This document shows positions 1 to 6,153 of a stretch of 6,909 nucleotides of DNA, piece by piece. The stretch covers positions 1 through 6,909 of the forward strand of contig NW_021829108.1 of the NCBI RefSeq assembly GCF_006345805.1. Reading direction: 5' to 3'. Position 1 is the stretch's first letter. Each line of letters opens with the position of its first letter. The notes beneath the pieces were generated by a model, which was not told where the DNA came from, searched no databases, and was given only the letters and a program-made list of their open reading frames with translations. Source of the stretch: Octopus sinensis. Taxonomy: Eukaryota. The position numbers and the translations under genes are program-made.

Positions 1-441
1 CAATTTAGCCAAACCCTGACAATGGAGTCAAAACCAATACCCTCTTATTTATAATAAGGGTATCTCCTGGAAAGACATTCTTCAACTCAATAACACCCCC
101 AATTAGTTTTGTCTGTTGACTGATAGTTTACCCTAGTTCGCTGGGAAGTTTTGCAGGGCTTTTGTCCCCCTCCCTTTTTTTTCTTGTTTTCTCATGTTTT
201 TCACAGTTCTTTTTTTTTTTTTTTGAGACATGATGTGTAGAAAAAAACCCATTCTGTTGCTTGTGTTTTGTTATGTGTTTGCTTGTATGTAACTTCAGTT
301 GTTGAACGTTAGCATTGGTACAAAATGCTGAGAATTAGGTTGGATATATCCTTGGGTCTTGATTTTTTTCCATTTTATTTTATAGATATAAAGCATGGTT
401 TATTCGTGATCAGAGGCGTTCGTAAACTAAGGTTCTACTGT

Positions 442-550
442 ACACACACAACTCACACACACACAACACCACCACAGACACAAACACAAACACACACACA
501 CACACCACCACACACACACAAACACACACACATATATATATATATATATA
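442..550. repeat. Imperfect (CA)n followed by (AT)n compound microsatellite
   Basis: Directly visible: CA-rich tract 442-531, pure (AT)n 532-550. Confidence 0.95.
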
Positions 551-786
551 AAGTTAATTCAAAACAAGAAAGCACAAAAAAAACAAAACAAAAACGCGAG
601 GACGTGGAACAAATATAGTATTATTGGACGCTCAGGAAAGAAGGAAAGAAAGGAGGTTAAACGTTTCGAGCGCGGAACTCTTCGTCGGAAACATAGGAGA
701 AGGAAAGATCCAAAAAAGGGAGACAGAGGAAAGAAAATCGCCAACGGTACACTCGAGGTCACATTTTGAAAGACCGGAAGGAAAAG

Positions 787-788
<2 letters not shown>
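551..788 (-). mobile_element. Short hammerhead-bearing repeat, copy A (Penelope-like terminal repeat / non-autonomous derivative)
   Basis: Reverse complement of ~575-752 aligns to 5465-5592 (gtaccgttggcg~gtatcgttggcg; tttgttccacgtcctcgcgtttttg~cttgtaccacgtcctcacgtttttg). 595-692 parallels 5262-5364 (gtattattggacgctcaggaa~gtattagtttaacgctctggaa; acgtttcgagc~acgtttagagc). Bounded by (AT)n on both sides. The Penelope assignment is inferred from the ribozyme type. Confidence 0.7.
656..692 (-). ncRNA. Minimal type-I hammerhead ribozyme motif (copy A, best preserved)
   Basis: Minus strand reads GUUU-CCGACGA-A-GAG(UUCCGCG)CUC-GAAAC-GU-U-UAAC. Core box 688-682 (U4C variant), stem II 680-678/670-668, GAAA 667-664, palindromic ACGU stem III, stem I GUUU/UAAC with one mismatch. 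Confidence 0.65.
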
Positions 789-834
<46 letters not shown>

Positions 835-870
835 CTATATATATATAATATCATATAATATAATATAATA
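789..870. repeat. (TA)n microsatellite decaying into (ATA/TAA)-rich sequence
   Basis: Pure (TA)n 789-830, then imperfect. Confidence 0.95.
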
Positions 871-1019
871 AATCAATATTTCCTGGTTTAATCTCCATCA
901 TATTAGAGAAAATTCTCACAATATGTTTGGGATTATTATTATTAATAAGTATTATTAATAAGGTAAGAAAATGGAAAGTTGGGGATGTATAATTAATTTA
1001 TTTATTTGTTTCATAGTTT

Positions 1020-1400
1020 GAAGTTGAAATTTAAATACAAAAAATTTTGAAAAAGTACAAAAGAAATTAAAAAGAAAATCTACATACGTTTCGATACACT
1101 GAAAGATCTTTACCTTTTGACCTACGGATTTAAAAAGTAAGCAACAGGATGCAAGCGAAGATTTTTTTTCTTCTGCGACAACTAAAAGATCTTTACCTTT
1201 TGACCTACAGATTTAAAAGAATAATTTTTTGTAACTAAACACTTTCAAACTTCGGACACTGGTAGAATATGTCATATAAAAAATCTTTTACTCTTAGCAT
1301 TTTTGAGAAAAACTTATATTTACGAAGTTATTTCACGTTAAAGTAGTCGTATTTCGGTCATTTCAACCAATCAATGACGTGTATTCAGCTGAATTAAATT
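1020..1400. mobile_element. Unclassified AT-rich interspersed repeat (possible non-autonomous DNA transposon remnant)
   Basis: Non-coding and resembles a repeat I recall from octopus DNA. Carries CCAAT (1367-1371) next to TGACGT (1375-1380). No TIR or TSD found, so the boundaries are approximate. Confidence 0.3.
1102..1218 (+). repeat. 34-bp direct repeat enclosing a 50-bp copy of 1540-1588
   Basis: 1102-1135 vs 1185-1218 match at 33/34 (g1126/a1209). 1140-1189 matches 1540-1588 except cttctg vs ccctg. Confidence 0.95.
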
Positions 1401-1404
1401 TTCT

Positions 1405-1811
1405 ACTGGTGTTATCATGGCTTTTCTCAAAGAGCTGTCGAATTACAAAAGATCATGTCGGTTATGTTATGTTCAAGTTGTATCTTACTTGAAATTCAGG
1501 AAACACTGTTGAAGTTTATTCTGGGAGCAGGGGAGGCGTAGCAACAGGATGCAAGCGAAGATTTTTTTTCCCTGCGACAACTAAAAGAGATATGGTCGTG
1601 GCTGTTATTGTAATCAGTACGATCACCTTTCGTTTTGTAAATAGTTGTGATGGTGGCATGTTTCCAGAAGTCAGGTAATCTGCCAACCTTTTAAGCAACA
1701 TGAGAAGAAATCAGGCAGTTTGTTTCGCAGATGAACTCCACCATACATGTAAACCTCGCCAGGAATGATATCCACGCCTCGCGCATTTTAGTTTTCTGAT
1801 GCATTGATAGT
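1405..1811 (-). pseudogene. Frameshifted non-LTR retrotransposon reverse transcriptase relic, RTE-like clade (N-terminal RT motifs)
   Basis: Manual translation across frames, in the correct order: GVDIIPGEVYMYGGVHLRNKLPDFFSCC (1778-1695), LPDFWKHATITTIYKTKGDRTDYNN (1678-1604), TISLLVVAGK (1596-1567), FACILLLRL (1559-1533), VFPEFQ (1506-1489), TDMIF (1462-1448), RQLFEK (1440-1423). This fits the LINE RT pattern GxDGIP...W..A.I..IYK.KGD...NYR.ISLL....K.F..IL..RL...PESQ.GFR...T.D.IF..RQL.EK. Confidence 0.9.
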
Positions 1812-2121
1812 GTGGAGGCGCAACGGCCCAGTGGTTAAGGCAGCGGGCTCGCAGTCGGAGGATCGCGGTTTCGATTCCCAGATCGGGCGTTATGTGTGTT
1901 TATTGAGCGAAAACGCCTAAAGCTCCACGAGCTCCGACAGAGGATGATGGCGACCCTTGTTGTACTCTTTCGCCCCAACTTTCTCTCACTCTTTCTTCCT
2001 GTTTCTTGAGTTATGCTGCGATGGACTGGCCTCCCGTCCAGCTGGGGGAAACACATACGCCATAGAAACCGCGAAACCGGGCCCATGAGCCTGGTTATGC
2101 TTGAAAAGGGCGCATAAAAAA
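1812..2121 (+). mobile_element. Full-length tRNA-derived SINE with 13-bp target-site duplication
   Basis: A-box-like CGGCCCAGTGG 1824-1834, B-box-like GGTTTCGATTCCC 1867-1879, A-tail 2116-2121. TSD ATGCATTGATAGT is identical at 1799-1811 and 2122-2134. Confidence 0.92.
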
Positions 2122-2134
2122 ATGCATTGATAGT

Positions 2135-2200
2135 AGTAAAATGGTAGTAAATTTATGATTTGATGGCCTTCATCCAATTCCATCATTAAATGAAGAGCTA
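2135..2200 (-). pseudogene. Possible upstream continuation of the RT relic beyond the SINE
   Basis: Removing the SINE and one TSD joins ...LMMELDE... to TINA/IRKLK, which resembles the linker before the G.DGIP motif of RTE ORFs. Degenerate. Confidence 0.35.
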
Positions 2201-2206
2201 ACAGGT

Positions 2207-2349
2207 TATTCTTTTAGTCTTTTATACTTTTACCTGTTTCAGTCATTCTGGCTGCGACCATGCTGGAGCACCGCCTTTTAGTCGAAGAAATCGACCCCAG
2301 GACTTATTCTTTGTAAACCTGGTATAAAGAATCTATCGGTTTATTTTGG
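2207..2349 (-). mobile_element. 3' tail fragment of the bipartite SINE family (compare 4593-4790 and 5019-5225)
   Basis: Shares tgtttcagtcatt...atgctggagcaccgccttt...tcgaccccaggacttattctttgtaa with the two other copies, and has a (TACTCTTT)-like terminal repeat. Confidence 0.9.
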
Positions 2350-2350
2350 A

Positions 2351-2389
<39 letters not shown>

Positions 2390-2427
2390 TTATTATTATT
2401 ATTATTATCATTATTATTATTATTATT
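2351..2427. repeat. (ATT)n microsatellite
   Basis: Directly visible, with two interruptions. Confidence 0.97.
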
Positions 2428-2429
2428 AA

Positions 2430-2655
2430 GGCGATGAGCTGGCAGAATCGTTAGCACTCTGGACAAAATGCCTAGCAGTGTTTCGCCCGTCGCTACGTTC
2501 CGAGTTCAAATTTCTACCGAGGTCGACTTTACCTTTCATCCTTCCGGAGTCGATAAATTAAGTACCAGTCAAGTACTGGGGTTGATTTAATAGACTTGCA
2601 CCCCTCCCCCATCCAACTCTTTCAAAATTGCTGGTCTTCTGCCAGAATTAGTGAG
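2430..2655 (+). mobile_element. tRNA-derived SINE monomer (same family as 3135-4084)
   Basis: Head ggcgatgagctggcagaatcgttagcac, B-box-like gagttcaaat, and core cctttcatccttccggagtcgataaattaagtaccag shared with the array units. Confidence 0.9.
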
Positions 2656-3134
2656 AGTAATTAGTGTCTTTTGTTGTTGTTGTTTAATTCGACTGACCAT
2701 TCTACTTAAAGATGTAGTGCCACGTGGTGTTTTTTTTCTTCTCCCCCGATCTTGTGAAGTGTTCTGTCGTAGAGATTAGGTTGCTATTTCCAGCAGGGCA
2801 GGATGAACGAACACGTTAGGACGTTCGCCCTCACTGGACTCATTAATCTGGGATGTTAGCAAAAAGTAGAAAAAAAAAACAACAAAAGAACCGACAACCG
2901 ACTATCATCGTCAATACAAACACTTACCCTCCACCTTGTTCTCCCCACCCCCGCCCCAACACAAATAAATATAATGTAACTCTATAAATATACAAATAAA
3001 ACCTAAATAACAAATATCTAGACAAATAAGAAGATAAGGGTATCTACTTGTCCTTCTTAATTCGCCCTTAGAGATAAGAAACGTTCATTGAAGCTAATGA
3101 TTCTTTTATGTCGTAATATTTGCGTTGGATTTAA

Positions 3135-4084
3135 GGCGGCGAGCTGGCAGAAACGTTAGCACGCCGGGCGAAATGCGTAGCCGTATTTCATCTGCCGTTA
3201 CGTTCTGAGTTCAAATTCCGCCGAGGTTGATTTTGCCTTTCATCCTTTCGGGGTGGTTAAATTAAGCACTGGGGGTCGATGTAATCGAATTAATCCGTTT
3301 GTCTGACCTTGTTTGTCCCCTCTATGTTTAACCCCTTGTGGGTAATAAAAAAATAAGTATTTCTTCTATTCAAATTCCGCCGAGGTCGACTTTGCCTTTC
3401 ATCCTTTCGGGGTCGATAAATTAATTACCAGTTACGCACTGAGGTCGATGTAATCGACATAATCCCTTTGTCTGTCCTTGTTTGTCCCCTCTGTGTTTAG
3501 CCCCTTGTGGGTAATAAAGAAATAGGTATTTCGTCTGCCGCTATGTTCTGAGTTCTAATTCCGCCGAGGTTGATTTTGCCTTTCATCATTTCGGGGTCGA
3601 TAGATTAAGTACCAGTTACGCACTGGGGTCGATGTAATCGACATAATCCCTTTGTCTGTTCTTGTTTGTCCCTTCTATGTTTAGCCCCTTGTGTGCGGCA
3701 CACTTGAAATAAAAGAAATAAGAAACGTAAGCACGCTGGGCGAAATGCTTAGCTATATTTCGTCTGCCGTTACGTTCATCCTTTCAGGGTCGATAAATTA
3801 AGTACCAGTTACGCACTGGGGGTCGATGTAATTCGACTTAATCCCTTTGTTTGTCCCCTCTATGTTTAGCCCCTTGTGGTCAATTAAGAAATAAGAAACG
3901 TTAGCACGCCAGGCGAAATGCTTAGCTGTATTTCGTTTGTCTGAGTTCAAATTCAGCCGAGGTCGACTTTGCTTTTCATTCTTTCGGGGTCGCTAAATTA
4001 AGTACCAGTTGCGTACTGGGGTAGATCTAATCGACTGGACCCCTCCCTCAAATTTTCCGGCTTTGTGCCTAGAGTAGAAAAGAT
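3135..4084 (+). mobile_element. Five-unit head-to-tail SINE multimer
   Basis: Units ~3135-3356, 3357-3525, 3526-3721, 3722-3894 and 3895-4084 share tcatcctttcggggtcgataaattaagtaccag...ggggtcgatgtaatcgac. Only unit 1 has the 5' head and only unit 5 has the monomer-type tail. Flanked by tatttgcgttggattta (3117-3133) and tatttgtattggtttta (4085-4101). Confidence 0.92.
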
Positions 4085-4162
4085 TATTTGTATTGGTTTT
4101 ACAATGTAATGTTTAAGAAGGAAAAAAAATGTTATTCGGTGTTATTTACTATGAGATATAAT

Positions 4163-4253
4163 CATGGGCGTATGGATAAGATAGTTTGCGTTCTAATCGT
4201 ACGGTTTCGGACTCGTTCTCACTGCGTGGCAGCGATGGCAATTGTTTTCTAAA
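4163..4253 (+). mobile_element. Degenerate tRNA-head fragment of the bipartite SINE family
   Basis: cactgcgtggca and ggcaattgttttcta match the reverse complement of 4838-5001. The 5' part matches 4400-4432. Confidence 0.55.
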
Positions 4254-4254
4254 G

Positions 4255-4378
4255 CAGTGCTCTGCAATCTTTTTTTCACTTCTGGTACACTTATATTTTT
4301 TCAAAATTCGGCGGTACACTTGAAATAAAAGTATGATTAAAAGTACATCGTGTCGTGGCATATCGGTTGCGGGTCATG
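4255..4378. mobile_element. Possible hAT-like MITE remnant interrupting the SINE head
   Basis: Starts CAGTG, repeats GGTACACTT twice, and ends ggttgcgggtcatg. Only weak terminal complementarity and no TSD. Confidence 0.25.
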
Positions 4379-4391
4379 AAATATACTCATG

Positions 4392-4514
4392 AGGTGTGGG
4401 CATGGGCATATGGATAGGGAGTTTGCGTATTAAACACTAGGGCGAGAGTCTTCTAGTGGACTGGCCAGTTTCATGTACGTGGAATCCTTTGGCAGGAACT
4501 GTTGGAAGCCCGTC
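4392..4514 (+). mobile_element. Degenerate, internally deleted tRNA head of the bipartite SINE family
   Basis: Ends with the diagnostic gaagcccgtc and contains gtcttcta, as in 6700-6868 and the reverse complement of 4838-5001. Confidence 0.6.
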
Positions 4515-4592
4515 ATGTATATCTGCGTGTGTATGTCTGAATACATACCTAAATATGTACATACATAGACACTCATATATATGTGACATACA
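4515..4592. repeat. Degenerate (TG)/(TA)/(ACAT) low-complexity tract
   Basis: Directly visible. Confidence 0.7.
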
Positions 4593-5001
4593 TACTCTTT
4601 TACTTGTTTCAGTCATTTGACTGCGGCCATGCTGGAGCACCGCCTTTAATCGAGCAACTCGACTCCGGGACTTATTCTTTTGTAAGCCCAGTACTTATTC
4701 TATCGGTCTCTTTTGCCGAACCACTAAGTAACGGGGACATAAACACACCAGCATCGGTTATCAAGCAATGCTAGGAGGACAAACACAGACACACAAACAC
4801 ACACACGCACACATATATACATATATATACATATATACGACGGGCTTCTTTCAGTTTCCGTCTACCAAATCCACTCACAAGGCTTTGGTCGGCCCGAGGC
4901 TACAGTAGAAGACACTTGCCCAAGGTGCCACGCAGTGGGACTGAACCCGGAACCATGTGGTTGTTTAGCAAGCTACTTACCACACAGCCACTCATGCGCC
5001 T
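4593..5001 (-). mobile_element. Apparently complete bipartite SINE: tRNA head, internal (TA)/(TG) microsatellite linker, 3' tail
   Basis: Head 5001-4838 (minus strand aggcgcatgagtggctgtgtggtaag; B-box-like gggttcagtccc), linker ~4790-4837, tail 4790-4593 ending in an AAAAGAGTA repeat. acatacatac on both flanks is a possible but ambiguous TSD. Confidence 0.88.
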
Positions 5002-5018
5002 ATACATACATACATGCG

Positions 5019-5225
5019 TTCTTTTATATTTTTCTTGTTTCAGTCATTTGGCTGCGGCTATGCTGGAGCACCGCCTTTAATTGAACAAATCGACCCCAGG
5101 ACTTATTCTTTGTAAGCTTGGTACTTATTCTATCGGTCTCTTTTGTCGAACCGCTAAGATACGGGGACGTAAACACACCAACATCGGTTGTCAAGCGATG
5201 TGGGGGGGGGGCAAACAGACACATA
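5019..5225 (-). mobile_element. 3' tail half of a second bipartite SINE
   Basis: Colinear and highly similar to 4593-4790. Confidence 0.92.
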
Positions 5226-5239
5226 CACACACATACATA

Positions 5240-5393
5240 GTTGAAATTTACAGAAAAACAAAAGACGAAGACAGATGTATAAACACCAAACAGGTGTATT
5301 AGTTTAACGCTCTGGAAGGTGAGAAAGTATTTTACGTTTAGAGCCTACGCTCTTCAACAGAAAGGAACACAATGAAATAAACAGAGAGAATAA
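5240..5393 (-). mobile_element. Short hammerhead-bearing repeat, copy B (related subfamily)
   Basis: Same motif order as copy A (gacgaagac / gtatta...acgctc / gaaag / acgttt / gagc...gctcttc). Lies between a (CA)/(ACAT) tract and (TG)n. Confidence 0.65.
5330..5363 (-). ncRNA. Degenerate minimal hammerhead ribozyme motif (copy B)
   Basis: Minus strand reads UUU-CUGUUGA-A-GAGC(GUAG)GCUC-UAAAC-GU-A-AAA. Stems I and II pair perfectly, but the core carries A6U and G12U changes, so it is probably inactive. Confidence 0.55.
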
Positions 5394-5467
5394 TGTGTGT
5401 GTGTGGTGTGTGTGTGTGTGTGCGCGCGCGCGTGCGTGTGTGTTTGTGTGTGTGTTACGGCGTGTGT
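5394..5467. repeat. (TG)n microsatellite with embedded (CG)5
   Basis: Alternating purine-pyrimidine run 5406-5446, with (CG)5 at 5423-5432. Confidence 0.95.
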
Positions 5468-5592
5468 ATCGTTGGCGCTTTTTGGATTTTTCTATATTTC
5501 TGATGAAAAGCTTCGCTCGGAATGTGAAGTTCTCTTTCTTTTCTTTCCTTTCCTGTACTTGTACCACGTCCTCACGTTTTTGCTTTTTTTCT
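5465..5592 (+). mobile_element. Short hammerhead-bearing repeat, copy C (diverged, inverted relative to copy A)
   Basis: Aligns to the reverse complement of ~575-752, with internal deletions. Confidence 0.7.
5497..5529 (+). ncRNA. Degenerate minimal hammerhead ribozyme motif (copy C)
   Basis: UUU-CUGAUGA-A-AAGC(UUC)GCUC-GGAAU-GU-G-AAG. Canonical CUGAUGA at 5500-5506, but A13G, G at the cleavage position and one stem II mismatch make it probably inactive. Confidence 0.55.
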
Positions 5593-5722
5593 TGCTGAGG
5601 ATAGAAAACTCCGAATGATCCGTCCTTGTTTCCCATGTATCGTCTGTTTGGATCCTTTGTTTTCCACTTTTGTTTTGTTTCACCTAACCGTCTGGATGTT
5701 TTGCGTTCTTGTTCCATTTTTG

Positions 5723-5728
<6 letters not shown>
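5593..5728. mobile_element. Unclassified repeat module fused to copy C
   Basis: Homology to copy A stops at ~5592. The following T-rich 136 bp run up to (AT)n and resemble another octopus repeat end (recollection only). Confidence 0.35.

Positions 5729-5769
<41 letters not shown>
5729..5769. repeat. (AT)n microsatellite
   Basis: Pure dinucleotide run. Confidence 0.97.
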
Positions 5770-5770
<1 letters not shown>

Positions 5771-5931
5771 GACACGCTTCTTTCAGTTTCCGTCTACAAA
5801 ATCCAGTCACAAATATTTGGTCGGCCTGAGGCTATAGTAGAAGACACTTGCCCAAGGTCCCAAGTAGTGGGACTGAACCGGGGCCATGAAGTTAGGAAGC
5901 AAGCTTCTTACCACAAAGCCACGCCTGTGCT
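5770..5931 (-). mobile_element. tRNA-head half of the second bipartite SINE (probable partner of 5019-5225)
   Basis: Colinear with 4838-5001 (cttctttcagtttccgtctac...agtagaagacacttgcccaaggt...gtgggactgaacc). Confidence 0.92.
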
Positions 5932-5932
5932 T

Positions 5933-5969
5933 ATGGAAGGCTTTTTATCGCACAACCACGCCTGCACCT
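5933..5969 (-). mobile_element. Extra truncated SINE 5' head
   Basis: Minus strand aggtgcaggcgtggttgtgcgataaaaagc repeats the start of the adjacent head (agcacaggcgtggctttgtggtaagaagc). Confidence 0.55.
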
Positions 5970-6042
5970 AAGCAAACCCTTTTTTTACATTTGTTAACAA
6001 GCAGTCCATTTTAGTCTAACCTTTAACCTTTGACCTGTCCAG

Positions 6043-6153
6043 TATGAGAAGTTCTACCAAGAGCTTGTGTTCAGGAGTTGACACAGCTCTCAAGGACATT
6101 GCGACATAAAAGCTACCACGCCGGAGCAAGTGTCTGGGCCTTGTGATCGACTG
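6043..6153 (+). other. Candidate 111-bp exon (unidentified)
   Basis: Preceded by ctaac...pyrimidine-rich...ccag (AG at 6041-6042) and followed by GTAAAC at 6154. Non-repetitive and GC-richer than the flanks. Every plus frame contains a stop. Confidence 0.25.

Noticed and set aside
37-63. Imperfect palindrome ataccc(tc)ttatt-tat-aataa-gggtat, plus the 12-mer ataagggtatct repeated at 3034-3045
   Set aside because: AT-rich, isolated and within chance expectation, with no associated structure.
170-224. Polypyrimidine tract plus CAG (206) as a splice acceptor
   Set aside because: Followed immediately by T15 and no exon-like sequence.
400-420. CUGAUCA on the minus strand, and GAAACGUA at 1083-1093 (minus), as further ribozymes
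   Set aside because: Each has only one half of the core, with no partner motif or stems.
325-848. ORFs 325-618, 559-762 and 624-848
   Set aside because: Translations run through (CA)n/(TA)n (HTHT, YIYI) and the non-coding ribozyme repeat, with no protein-like content.
1814-1890. Genuine tRNA gene
   Set aside because: No acceptor-stem closure, and it continues into a SINE body with A-tail and TSD.
2922-2930. Minus-strand donor AGG|GTAAGT
   Set aside because: The upstream sequence is low-complexity and AT-rich, with no plausible exon or acceptor.
3135-4084. CRISPR-like or satellite interpretation of the array
   Set aside because: There are no unique spacers, units are 170-220 bp with Pol III boxes, and a monomer exists at 2430-2655.
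551-5592. Copies A and C as terminal inverted repeats of one 5-kb transposon
   Set aside because: The copies are quite diverged with indels, there is no TSD or transposase, and the interior is ordinary nested repeats.
5595-5620. Fourth hammerhead (CUGAGGA-UAG-AAAA-CU-CCGAAUGAUC)
   Set aside because: Stem II has only 2 bp, GAAA-N-UH is not formed, and there is no stem I.
5304-5971. Cluster of overlapping 63-137 aa ORFs
   Set aside because: All cross microsatellites and repeat fragments. Their openness is explained by low complexity.
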